64,000 bases of DNA from Acidobacteriota bacterium (GTDB lineage Bacteria; Acidobacteriota; Polarisedimenticolia; Gp22-AA2). Below the pieces are notes generated by a model. It was not told the DNA's origin. It made no database searches and saw only the letters and a program-made list of their open reading frames with translations. Of the stretch, positions 27,136-37,290 are shown one piece after another (within the stretch, counting starts at the first letter, position 1; the number at the start of each line of letters is the position of its first letter). The translations under genes and the position numbers were made by a program. Location of the stretch: positions 72 through 64,071 of the forward strand of contig JANNTZ010000191.1 of NCBI GenBank assembly GCA_031394595.1. The letters are read 5' to 3'.

Positions 27136-29097
27136 TTAGCCCTTGGATCGCGAGGGCTCCCGGGGCAATTCGGCATCGATCCGGGCCCGCGTCTCCGGCG
27201 CGTCCCGAACGATTTCATCCGCGTAACCGCTTTGCGGCACGAACCCGCGCAGGACGACGAGGGTGGCGTCGAGGAGATCGCGGGCTCCGGCCGCCTCGGA
27301 GTTCCGGTGAAGGCTTAGCAAAGTCGAGGCCTCGACGATGCGGGCCCGTACGAAATGTGGCTCGACCACCAGGGCGGCACGCGCCTGATCGAGCGCCCCG
27401 GCGGGGTCACCATGATCGGCAAGGTGGCGGGCGAGTTCCAGCCGCGGGCGCGGGTCGCAGGGGGAGAGTTCGATCGCTTCGAGATAGAGGGCCGTGGCGC
27501 GTCCGGCGGCGCCCGGGTCAACGAACAGACGGTCGCCCGCGAGCGCCTCCAATCGTCCAAGCAGCAGTGGGAACCGCGGGTCGATCGGCTTGAGCCGCCG
27601 CGCCTCCGCGATCAACCGGTAGGCTTCGGCGTACCGCTCCGGGGAGGGCGGCCCCGAGTTCAGGACCGCCATCGCGAGATCGTGCCGGTATTCGGGATGC
27701 AGGCGATTGAGCCACGCGGCCCGTCGCATCCGTTCGATCCCGGCCGGCCCGGCGCGCCGGGCCGCCTCGGCCTCGTGGTGCGCGATCCAGGGCTGGACGA
27801 TCCCGAGCCCCACACCGTAGACGATCGCCACCCCCGCCAGGGCCCGCGCCGACACCGGCCAGCGGCCCGCACCGGGGACTGCCGTCACCGCGTTCGGCCG
27901 GCGGAGCCGCGATCCGAGCGCCGTGCCGGCCACCAGCGCCGGGATCAGGACGAGTGCCGGCCGTCGTTGGAGGTCCTCGACACACCCATGCAGGACCAGG
28001 GCCACCAGAGCGAGGCCCGCACCGAGTTCGACCGGACCCGGAGGCATGCCGTCGCGACGGCGTACCAGCGCCGTCACGACGCAGGCAACCGCCGCAAATG
28101 CGAGCAGCGCTGCCGGCAGACCGATCTCGGCCGCCAGGGTCAGGGGTGCGGCATGGGCCCCGTCGAAACCCCTCTCGAAGCGGAGTGGACCTTCCTCAAA
28201 CGGGAAGTTCCGCGCCGGTGCGAGGTGCGGGAACATCCCGGGCCCGTGTCCCAACACCGGACGATCGAGGATCATCCCGATGGCGGCGCGCCAGATGGCG
28301 AGTCGGTGGTAGCGGAACGGGTCCTCCGTCGTGGAAAAGCGCTGCGCGATCCGCGCCGCTCCCGCCACCACCACCATGGCCAGCAGCCCCAGCGCAACCA
28401 CCCGGACCGCCCGCGGCCAGCTCCCGAGGCGCAGAACCAGGAACAGCGCGATCATCGCCAGCAGACCGAGGGCGGCCCCGCGCGACCCGATCAGCAGGGA
28501 GGCGGCCAGCAGCGTGACCGCCGCCGCCCCCCAGACGATCGCGACGCGTCGCGACCCGGGCGGGCCGGAACCCGGAGTCCCGTGCCGGCCCCGGACCGCA
28601 TTCTCTGCCGCCGTGACCGCCAGGGCGATGCCGATGTTCAGGAACGCCGCCAGGTGGTTCGGGTTGAGGAACGAAGCGCCGGCGGCCATGACCCCGCCCG
28701 ACCGGTAGCGCGCAAAGACCAGGACCGCCTGGAGAAGCGCCGCGATCACCACGGCGGTCCGCACTCGCTCCGCCCGCAACGGGTGGCCCCCCGACACGAT
28801 CGCCCCGACCAGCACCAGCGCCGCCACGACGAGATCGACGAACCCGAGCCAGGCGGCCAGGGCGTAGTCGGCGCGCAGCGCCGAGATGGACGCCAGCCCG
28901 AGGGCCCCGATCGCCAGCGCGATCGGCGCGCGCGGCAGGTCGCAGAGGGCAGGAAAGCCCGCGCGCCGGCAGGCGGTCACCGCGAATGCGACCGCGAACA
29001 GGTGCAGGAACAGGAGCGCCAGCGGTTCGCGGCCCCCCTCCCGGAACGGCGCGATCAGCACCAGGGCAAGAGCGCAGAGATCCGGCAGCAGGGTCAT
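27136..29097 (-). CDS. O-antigen ligase/polymerase family (Wzy_C) membrane protein with C-terminal TPR domain
   Basis: ~11 TM helices with a large periplasmic loop, then soluble C-terminal TPR-like repeats (AEAYRLIAEARRLKP..., ALYLEAIELSP...). 653 aa. Confidence 0.65.
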   Translation of the reverse strand: MTLLPDLCALALVLIAPFREGGREPLALLFLHLFAVAFAVTACRRAGFPALCDLPRAPIALAIGALGLASISALRADYALAAWLGFVDLVVAALVLVGAIVSGGHPLRAERVRTAVVIAALLQAVLVFARYRSGGVMAAGASFLNPNHLAAFLNIGIALAVTAAENAVRGRHGTPGSGPPGSRRVAIVWGAAAVTLLAASLLIGSRGAALGLLAMIALFLVLRLGSWPRAVRVVALGLLAMVVVAGAARIAQRFSTTEDPFRYHRLAIWRAAIGMILDRPVLGHGPGMFPHLAPARNFPFEEGPLRFERGFDGAHAAPLTLAAEIGLPAALLAFAAVACVVTALVRRRDGMPPGPVELGAGLALVALVLHGCVEDLQRRPALVLIPALVAGTALGSRLRRPNAVTAVPGAGRWPVSARALAGVAIVYGVGLGIVQPWIAHHEAEAARRAGPAGIERMRRAAWLNRLHPEYRHDLAMAVLNSGPPSPERYAEAYRLIAEARRLKPIDPRFPLLLGRLEALAGDRLFVDPGAAGRATALYLEAIELSPCDPRPRLELARHLADHGDPAGALDQARAALVVEPHFVRARIVEASTLLSLHRNSEAAGARDLLDATLVVLRGFVPQSGYADEIVRDAPETRARIDAELPREPSRSKG

Positions 29098-30851
29098 TCC
29101 CCGGGCCCTCCCGGGGGCGGCGGGCCCGCGGACGGTGGATCGTCTTCCGCGGCGCGGTACAGCGCCTTGGTCGGGTTCAGCCGCCTGGCCTCGGACAACT
29201 CGCGGTACGCCGCCGCCGACTCTTCCGCGGCACGGTGGTAGAGCGCCCGGGTGTAGTGCAGGATGGCCGAATCCGGATCGCGCGCCACGGCTTCCGCGGC
29301 AGCCACCGCGCCGGCGGCGGCCGACGCCTTCCCCGGCTTTTCGGCGAGCACCATCTGCGCCAGGAAGGCCCGGGGCGCCGGATCCTCCGGACGCAGTTTC
29401 GCGGCTGCCCCGGCCGCCTGATCCGCAGCAGCCAGATCACCCCGGCGCGCCACGTCGACGGCCCGGTCGAGAAGATGACGCGACCGGGCCGCCGTCACTC
29501 CGTGGAGCGCCAGTGCCACCGCCACGACGATGCCGCCGGCCCGCAGTAGGGAACCCGGCAGAATTCCGGGATGCCCCGCCCGCCGCTCCGGCGCCGGGTC
29601 GGTCGCACCGAAGGCGGCGCCGAGGATCAACGCCGCCGGGATCGCGACCCCCGGGAGAAACATCGTGAAATCGACCAGATTGTGAGTCAGGAACGCGGTG
29701 CCGGCTCCCAGGAATACCGACGCCGTCCCATCCCCGGGATCGAGCCAGGCGGATCGCATCCTCGCGACCCAGGCCGCGATCAGGAGCGCGATCGGCAATA
29801 GGATCCAGGATCCCCACCCGGCCGCCAGCTCCAGGTACGAGTTGTGGGCATGCCGTGACTCGTTCAGTCCCGGGCGCAGGTGACGGGGATAGAAGGAACC
29901 GAACGACCCGGGCCCGCTCCCGAACCAGGGGGCGTCACGCATCATGGCGGCGGCAACACGCCAGTTGCCGGCGCGCAGCCCGAACGGGTCGCCCGCCGGA
30001 TCACGGATCTCGTCGATCCGCGTGGCCGCAAAAACGGCGATGATCGCGATCGCCACGCCACCGGCGACCCACGCGGCCCGCGCCCGTCGCCGGGGTGCCA
30101 ACAGCGGGAGCAGCGGCAGGAGGCCGGCGGCGGCGGCGACAATCGCGCCCATCGACCGTCCCAGGACGAAACCGCAACCGATCAGGATCGTGGCCACGCC
30201 CGCCGCGGCGCGCCAGACACCGCGCCATGCCCGAAGACCTCGGAGCGCGGCGGGAAGCGCAAGGGCGAGGAAACCGCCCAGCGCCGCCGGGAGAAGGAAC
30301 GGGCCGGCCGCGCGACCCGACTCCAGGCGGACCAGGATGCCGCTCGGGTCGGCCGGATCGATCCCCCGGACGGCGGCCGCCATCCGGGGATAGGAAATCA
30401 GCGACTGCCAGAGCGCCTGGATCGCCACCACCGATCCCAGCACGACGAGCAGACGGAGGAGCGACTCGCGGTGGCCGGCCTGGCGCCCCGCCGCCCGCCC
30501 GCATCCGGCGGCGATCAGCAGGGTGATCAGCAGGGCCGTCTCGTCAAGCGCGGTGGCGCGGTTCGCGGCGCCGAGGAAGGCGACGAGGGCGAACGGCGTG
30601 AAGCCGGCGATCCAGGCCGGCAGGCGGGAGACGGCCGGGGACATCGTCGTGAACCAGAGACTGGCCGCCGCGATGAGCCCACAGGCAGCGGCCGCCCCGG
30701 GATGGAGTTCCGGCGGCCGGAGGACGGCGACGACCACCAGCCCCGCTGCCAGGATCAGGGAGGCCCGGCTTGCCGGTAGACGGACCGCTCCCCGGTCCCG
30801 GCCTGATTCAAGCGGCAGCGTCACGGCCCGCTCCCGGGCACGCCGGCACAT
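29094..30851 (-). CDS. O-antigen ligase/polymerase family (Wzy_C) membrane protein with C-terminal TPR domain, second copy
   Basis: Wzy_C loop motif HAHNSYLELAAGWG and a C-terminal TPR-like tail (ALYHRAAEESAAAYRELSEARRLNPTKALY). The true start may be internal (e.g. the M at ~aa 70). Confidence 0.65.
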   Translation of the reverse strand: MCRRARERAVTLPLESGRDRGAVRLPASRASLILAAGLVVVAVLRPPELHPGAAAACGLIAAASLWFTTMSPAVSRLPAWIAGFTPFALVAFLGAANRATALDETALLITLLIAAGCGRAAGRQAGHRESLLRLLVVLGSVVAIQALWQSLISYPRMAAAVRGIDPADPSGILVRLESGRAAGPFLLPAALGGFLALALPAALRGLRAWRGVWRAAAGVATILIGCGFVLGRSMGAIVAAAAGLLPLLPLLAPRRRARAAWVAGGVAIAIIAVFAATRIDEIRDPAGDPFGLRAGNWRVAAAMMRDAPWFGSGPGSFGSFYPRHLRPGLNESRHAHNSYLELAAGWGSWILLPIALLIAAWVARMRSAWLDPGDGTASVFLGAGTAFLTHNLVDFTMFLPGVAIPAALILGAAFGATDPAPERRAGHPGILPGSLLRAGGIVVAVALALHGVTAARSRHLLDRAVDVARRGDLAAADQAAGAAAKLRPEDPAPRAFLAQMVLAEKPGKASAAAGAVAAAEAVARDPDSAILHYTRALYHRAAEESAAAYRELSEARRLNPTKALYRAAEDDPPSAGPPPPGGPGE

Positions 30852-30891
30852 CCCGGTCGCGCCAACGCCTGGTCACGCTCATGCTGGGCAC

Positions 30892-30925
30892 AAAAAAAAG
30901 AGGCGGTGCCCGAAGGCACCGCCTC
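30892..30925 (-). terminator. Rho-independent terminator immediately downstream of pilA
   Basis: Minus strand: GAGGCGGTGCC-uucg-GGCACCGCCUC (11-bp perfect stem, 4-nt loop) followed by an 8-U tract (plus A8 at 30892-30899). It lies 24 nt after the pilin stop. Confidence 0.75.
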
Positions 30926-30948
30926 GTCGTGCAGCCGTGTCAGACGGT

Positions 30949-31440
30949 TTAGGTCTGGGTACCCTGCGGCCACTGGTAGAACTGGCCGTTCACGAACACG
31001 ATGTCGCAGTTGAAATTGCCCGTCTGCACCGCCGCGTCCGCGTTGTCGGTCGCATCCTTCGCCCAGCTCTCGATCGTGTACATAGTGCCGTTCGCGTCCG
31101 AGGCAAACTCCCAAACGGTGTTCCAGCCGTCGTTGGCCGGGACCGTCCGGATGTAGATCGGCGCGATGTTGGCCGTCGGCACCGTGGCCTGGTTCTTCGG
31201 ATAGAAGTTGTTGTCCACGGCGTAGGACTCGACGGCCGTTCCGATGGAGCGCATATCGGCCATCGACCTCTTCTGCTTGCCTCTGTCGATGGCGTTCAGC
31301 AGGTTGGGAATCGCGATGGCCGCGATAATCCCGATGATCGCCACGACGATCAGCAGCTCGATCAACGTGAAGCCCTTCTCTCTCTTCAACAGTCGTGTGG
31401 TCTCCTCTCGGCAGGGTGTGAAGAGCAAGTCCGATGCCAC
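30949..31440 (-). CDS. pilA: Type IV major pilin (PilA-like; GspG-like N-terminal domain)
   Basis: ...KREKG|FTLIELLIVVAIIGIIAAIAIPNLL is a perfect class III signal and N-terminal helix. The product is small (mature ~139 aa), Ser/Thr-rich, and ends PQGTQT. Start is uncertain: GTG 31440 (ORF track), or TTG 31389 giving MKREKG|FTLIE with an AGGAG 13 nt upstream. Confidence 0.8.
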   Translation of the reverse strand: MASDLLFTPCREETTRLLKREKGFTLIELLIVVAIIGIIAAIAIPNLLNAIDRGKQKRSMADMRSIGTAVESYAVDNNFYPKNQATVPTANIAPIYIRTVPANDGWNTVWEFASDANGTMYTIESWAKDATDNADAAVQTGNFNCDIVFVNGQFYQWPQGTQT

Positions 31441-31588
31441 CCTCCCCTGCTGTCCGATGGAGCCCGCAGGCTGTTGGATTCACAGGGTTTGCCGCAGCGA
31501 TTTCATTTCCGCCCCACCGCTCCCCGCCGGATCGAGCCCTGAACTAACAACGCGTGTCAAGCACGGCATCCGCGGCTGACAGTCAGTG

Positions 31589-33406
31589 TCACCCGCCGGC
31601 AGCGGCGCCGCTTGCCGCCGGCCGGGTCCCGGAAGGGTCGGTCAGCGGTCGGAAACGGGCCGCGAGGATCCTGGCGCGTTCGCAGCCTGGATCCTCGCGA
31701 AGCTTCCGCCGCAGTTCCTCCAGGATCGGATGGACATCGACCCGGCCGACGAGGGCCCCGCCGTACAGGTAGAGCCAGTCGTCCGGGTGGATGGCGCGAT
31801 ACTCGCAGCGCTCGATGGTCGCGGCGTGCCCGGCGGTGCGTCTCAGGAAAACCATGGCATCGTCGTCCCAGTAGACCAGCGCCCAGTCGTGGCGCGGAAA
31901 ATAGGCCGCCGAGAAGGCGCGCTCCGCCGCGATCGGCGGCCCGCCCGGCCGGCCCGGGTAGTGGACCCTCTGCAGCGTCGGCGGGTAGCGCAGCAGGGCC
32001 GCGTCGATCCCGTGCCGGTCGAGCATCGTCTTCCAGGAGGAGGCGTCGCGCAGGCCTCCGAAGACCTCCCGCAGCAGATCCGGGTAGACCTCGTTGCGCC
32101 CGTCCATGAACACCGCCCGTTCGGGGAAACGTCGCCAGATCAGGTAGCCGCCGAACTTGACGTCGTTGAAGAGTCGGGCCCCCACCCCTTCGTGCTCCAG
32201 GAAATCGACCGCGGAACGCGGTTCATTGCCCGCCGCGATTCCCCAACCCCAGTTGATTCCCGGCGGCAGCAGGACCAGCGCCGGGATCGATGCGACGATC
32301 AGGACGGCGGCCGCGACGAACCCCGGCCGGACCTTTCCCCCCGCGGTGGCGACCCGCCAGACTCCGGTCGCCTGCGCGGCGTTCACCAGCGCCCTGGCCG
32401 GGCGCGCCAGCCCGAAGGGAAGGAGGACGAAGAACAGGCCGATGTTCCGCAGGTGCAGCACGGCGATGGCCCCCGAGAGAATCAGGGCGGGCGTCGCCAC
32501 CGGATCGATGTGACGCCAACCGAGCGCCACGACCAGCGCGACGACCGGGATGACGATCCAGAAAAGCGGGAACTCCGCAAACCCGGGGCGTGCCCATTCG
32601 AGGTTGGGCGCGGGGAGATCCGCCAGGATCCGATCGATGGTCGGCGGCAACGAATAGATCCGGAATCCGTACGGGTTCACGCCGACGGCGAGGGCCGCCA
32701 AAGCCGCCGCGAGCGCCAGCCGCGCCACCGGCCAGGACCGCGACGCCGGACCGGACGCGGCCGGCGCGATCCACCGATCCCACACCAGGGTCGCAGCCGC
32801 TGCGAGGAGAAGAAAGGCCGGGGCGAGGACGACACCGGGATGGAGATTGGCCCAGAGGCCGACGAGCACCGGCGTCCACAGGAGGGGCGCCGCCCGCCGC
32901 GTGTCACGGACCCGCTGAGCCAGGATCAGGAGGCAGGGCGCCGCCACGAGCGTCGCCAGTTCGGGGCGGACATCGAACCGGAACGCGGCGCCGATCAATG
33001 CCGGCGCCAGCAGGAACGCGGTCCCGGCCGGTCCGTGCCCCTCGCGGCGCACCGCCCCCGCCGCCAGGAACCCGACCCCGGCCACCAGCGCGACCTTGAC
33101 CAGGACCAGGAACTCCGGGCCCCAGGCGGTGTGCGCCAGGTACGCGAGGACCTGGAACAGCCAGGATCCGTCGACCCAGGGAACTCCCGCCGCCGTGAAC
33201 GAGAAGGGATCGTGGCGCGGGATCGCCCCGTGCTCGAGGATCAGTCGCCCGGTGGCGAGATGCCACCAGTAATCGAAATTCCGGATCGGGCTCAGCGCGG
33301 CCGCCACGGCCAGGACCATGAGCAGGCCGTGGATCAGGAACCGATCTCCCTGCGGCTCGGGGCGCGCGTCGGTCTTCCCGGCGGGCCCGGTCGTGGTCCC
33401 GATCAC
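31589..33406 (-). CDS. Large polytopic membrane protein, GT-C-fold glycosyltransferase-like (N-terminal TM bundle plus C-terminal periplasmic domain)
   Basis: 605 aa with >=10 hydrophobic helices in the first ~400 aa. Conserved-looking first loop IRNFDYWWHLATGRLILEHGAIPRHDPFSF. The C-terminal ~180 aa is soluble. Family not recognised with certainty. Confidence 0.45.
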   Translation of the reverse strand: MIGTTTGPAGKTDARPEPQGDRFLIHGLLMVLAVAAALSPIRNFDYWWHLATGRLILEHGAIPRHDPFSFTAAGVPWVDGSWLFQVLAYLAHTAWGPEFLVLVKVALVAGVGFLAAGAVRREGHGPAGTAFLLAPALIGAAFRFDVRPELATLVAAPCLLILAQRVRDTRRAAPLLWTPVLVGLWANLHPGVVLAPAFLLLAAAATLVWDRWIAPAASGPASRSWPVARLALAAALAALAVGVNPYGFRIYSLPPTIDRILADLPAPNLEWARPGFAEFPLFWIVIPVVALVVALGWRHIDPVATPALILSGAIAVLHLRNIGLFFVLLPFGLARPARALVNAAQATGVWRVATAGGKVRPGFVAAAVLIVASIPALVLLPPGINWGWGIAAGNEPRSAVDFLEHEGVGARLFNDVKFGGYLIWRRFPERAVFMDGRNEVYPDLLREVFGGLRDASSWKTMLDRHGIDAALLRYPPTLQRVHYPGRPGGPPIAAERAFSAAYFPRHDWALVYWDDDAMVFLRRTAGHAATIERCEYRAIHPDDWLYLYGGALVGRVDVHPILEELRRKLREDPGCERARILAARFRPLTDPSGTRPAASGAAAGG

Positions 33407-35880
33407 GCGGCTCCCCGGCGCGCCGGGGCGGCCGCCCAGACCGCCGCGATCAGCAGACCGGCGAGACCCGCGCCAAGTCCGGCGCCCGCCGCCGGCGGCC
33501 GGTAGGTCATGACCACCTCGTGGTCGCCGGCCAGGACCGGAACGGCTCGAAACAGACCGTCAGCCTTCAGGATGCGTGCCGGCGCTCCGTCCACGACGGC
33601 GGACCAGCCGGGCGCGTAAGCGTCGGACAGGACGACCCACCCGGCCGTGCCGGCGCGCACCCGCAGGCCGATCGTCTCCGGGCGATCTTCGACGAGGATT
33701 ACTTCCCCGGCCGCTGCCACCACCGGCGACGACGGGCGCGGGGCATCGTCAAGCAGGACCATGCGCCGCGGATCGTACCCCGGATCGATGAGGCTCGCTA
33801 TGAGGTCCCCCGGGACGGCCGGCGGCACGGCATGGGCGCGGAAACGCGCCCGCGGCAGGACGTCACGCAGCCGGTAGAGGCGGAGCGGGGGACGGCTGAA
33901 TCCCTCGAGCACCGGTCCGGCGATGAGCGCCGGGTGATCGATACGGTCGTAGGTCAGCAGCGTGCCGACGCCGCACAGCGACAGGATCTTGATCTGATCC
34001 TCGATCGGGAGGCCGGGAATTGCCCGCCCGAGCCTCGCCTGGATGGCCAGGTCCATACGGTCGGTCGCCGGGTCGAGGACGGTCGGAACGCCGTCGGGAT
34101 GGCCGGTCGCCAGGCTGTAGGAGAAACGATCGAACCGGAACCCCCAGATCAGCTCGTCGCTCTGCCCCCAGACACTCAATCCTGCGGGGCGCGGCGCGTG
34201 GTACACCCGGGGCGCGCCCGGCCCGCGATCGAGGATCGTGGCCAGTGGGGAGGGAGCCGCCAGCCATCCGGAGTCGGCGCTCGACAGGGCGGGGGCGCTC
34301 GCCGTGATCAAGGACAGCCCGACGACCGCCACAAGACCCCAGGATCCCGCCCTCACCTGCGCCGGTCGGGCCGAAAACCATCGCGCGCCCACGACCAACG
34401 CCGCCAGCGCCGCCATCTCGAGGAACACCCACAGCGCCGCGCCGAGGGCGGCGCCGCGCAGGGCAGGCGCCACGGCCACCAGGACAGACCCCGGCACCCC
34501 GGCCGCCGACATCAGGAATCGGTCCACGATGGACGGCGACGCGACGATCAGTGTGGCGCCGGCGAATCCGGCCGCGGCTGCGCCCACGAGCCAGCGGGCC
34601 GGACCAACCCGGGCTCTTTCGAGGACCCGACCCAGCCCGTGGGCCGCCAGAAGCGCCACGGCGAACAGGGTAATCAGGATGAAACGCTCCGGATAGCGGA
34701 TCTGCCCGACGATCGGCAGCGCCTGGTACAGACCGCGGTACACCGCCGCGTGCTGACCGAGCGCCAGGAGCGCACCGACGGCCCCCACGACACCGATGCC
34801 GCGGATCCAGGCGGGCCGTGGTTGCGACACCAGGGCGACGATAGCCAGGATGCATGGGGCGATTCCCAGGTAGAGGACCGGGAGGAAGGGATACCCTCCC
34901 TCGAAGACCCATCGTCCCCACCACGAGCCAGGCGCCAGACGGGTCGGATCGCCGAACAGACCCGGGACAATCAGTTCCAGGAGACGGACCGGCTCCAGCG
35001 ACCACTTCATCGCCTCGGCGGGATCGAACCCTGCCCCGCGGGTGGAGATTCCGAGAAGCGCGCGTGTCGGCAGGATCTGCACCATCGCGATCAGGGCGCC
35101 GAGTCCCGCGACCGCCGCCGTCTTCCACGTCCGCGTCGATCGTGACCCTCGCGGCCCGTCGACCGGGACAGGACCGGGTCTCGCGACGGCCTCCGGTCTT
35201 TCCGGAGTGGCGATCGCGAAGACCGTGGCGAACAGGAGAAACGTCAGCGCCGACGCCGGCTCCCCTGCCATCAGGACAATCGCCAGCACCAGGGCCGCCC
35301 CCGGCAGAAACCGCCGGCCGCCCGGCTCCAGTCCGCGCAGCAGGGCCCAGATTCCGATCGGAACCCAGGCGGCCGCCGACAGCACGTTCTGCAGGCTCGC
35401 CAGGGATGCCGCCGGACCGGAGAACATCAGGATGGCGCTGGCCAGGCCTGCCCCGGCCTGCGAGGCACCCGTGCGGCGGGCCAGAAGCCAGCCGCCGATC
35501 CCGAGAAGGGCGAACTGCAGCAGGATGGAAGCGGTGAACGCCGTCTCGAACGGCAGCCCCAGAAACAGGAGGCTGATCGGGTGGATCACCAGGTGGTTGG
35601 GATCCGCCAGCAACGGGGTCCCCGCGCCGTGATACGGATTCCAGAGAGGCAGGTCCCCCTGCAGCAATCGCCCGGTCACCAGCTGGCGCATCGGACGGTG
35701 GTTCTGGGTGATGTCGCGGAGATAGAAGACGCGCCCGGCGATCGGGCCGCGGAACGCCCATCCGGCCAGGGCCAGCAGGAGCACGGCGGGGACCAGGCGC
35801 GCCGCACTGCCGCGGATCCGTGCCCACGGCGGCGTCGCGGCGGACGGGAGGTCAGCGGTTCCGATCGCGGGCGCGCGCAC
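33403..35880 (-). CDS. YfhO-family-like GT-C membrane glycosyltransferase
   Basis: 825 aa. The N-terminal region YLRDITQNHRPMRQLVTGRLLQGDLPLWNPYHGAGTPLLADPNHLVIHPISLL resembles the YfhO signature (D..Q.yP......G.lPlWnp...G.P..an.q....P). 12+ TM helices plus periplasmic domains. A 9-nt gap separates it from the pilR stop. Confidence 0.5.
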   Translation of the reverse strand: MRAPAIGTADLPSAATPPWARIRGSAARLVPAVLLLALAGWAFRGPIAGRVFYLRDITQNHRPMRQLVTGRLLQGDLPLWNPYHGAGTPLLADPNHLVIHPISLLFLGLPFETAFTASILLQFALLGIGGWLLARRTGASQAGAGLASAILMFSGPAASLASLQNVLSAAAWVPIGIWALLRGLEPGGRRFLPGAALVLAIVLMAGEPASALTFLLFATVFAIATPERPEAVARPGPVPVDGPRGSRSTRTWKTAAVAGLGALIAMVQILPTRALLGISTRGAGFDPAEAMKWSLEPVRLLELIVPGLFGDPTRLAPGSWWGRWVFEGGYPFLPVLYLGIAPCILAIVALVSQPRPAWIRGIGVVGAVGALLALGQHAAVYRGLYQALPIVGQIRYPERFILITLFAVALLAAHGLGRVLERARVGPARWLVGAAAAGFAGATLIVASPSIVDRFLMSAAGVPGSVLVAVAPALRGAALGAALWVFLEMAALAALVVGARWFSARPAQVRAGSWGLVAVVGLSLITASAPALSSADSGWLAAPSPLATILDRGPGAPRVYHAPRPAGLSVWGQSDELIWGFRFDRFSYSLATGHPDGVPTVLDPATDRMDLAIQARLGRAIPGLPIEDQIKILSLCGVGTLLTYDRIDHPALIAGPVLEGFSRPPLRLYRLRDVLPRARFRAHAVPPAVPGDLIASLIDPGYDPRRMVLLDDAPRPSSPVVAAAGEVILVEDRPETIGLRVRAGTAGWVVLSDAYAPGWSAVVDGAPARILKADGLFRAVPVLAGDHEVVMTYRPPAAGAGLGAGLAGLLIAAVWAAAPARRGAA

Positions 35881-35889
35881 AGGTCCCCC

Positions 35890-37274
<1,385 letters not shown>

Positions 37275-37290
<16 letters not shown>

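Noticed and set aside
31497-31510. Possible sigma-54 element (GG-N10-GC: cGGaaatgaaatcGCtg) upstream of pilA
   Set aside because: Only the GG/GC dinucleotides match; the flanking consensus (TGGCAC / TTGCA) does not. It is kept as a weak hypothesis only, because pilA is often PilR/sigma-54-dependent.
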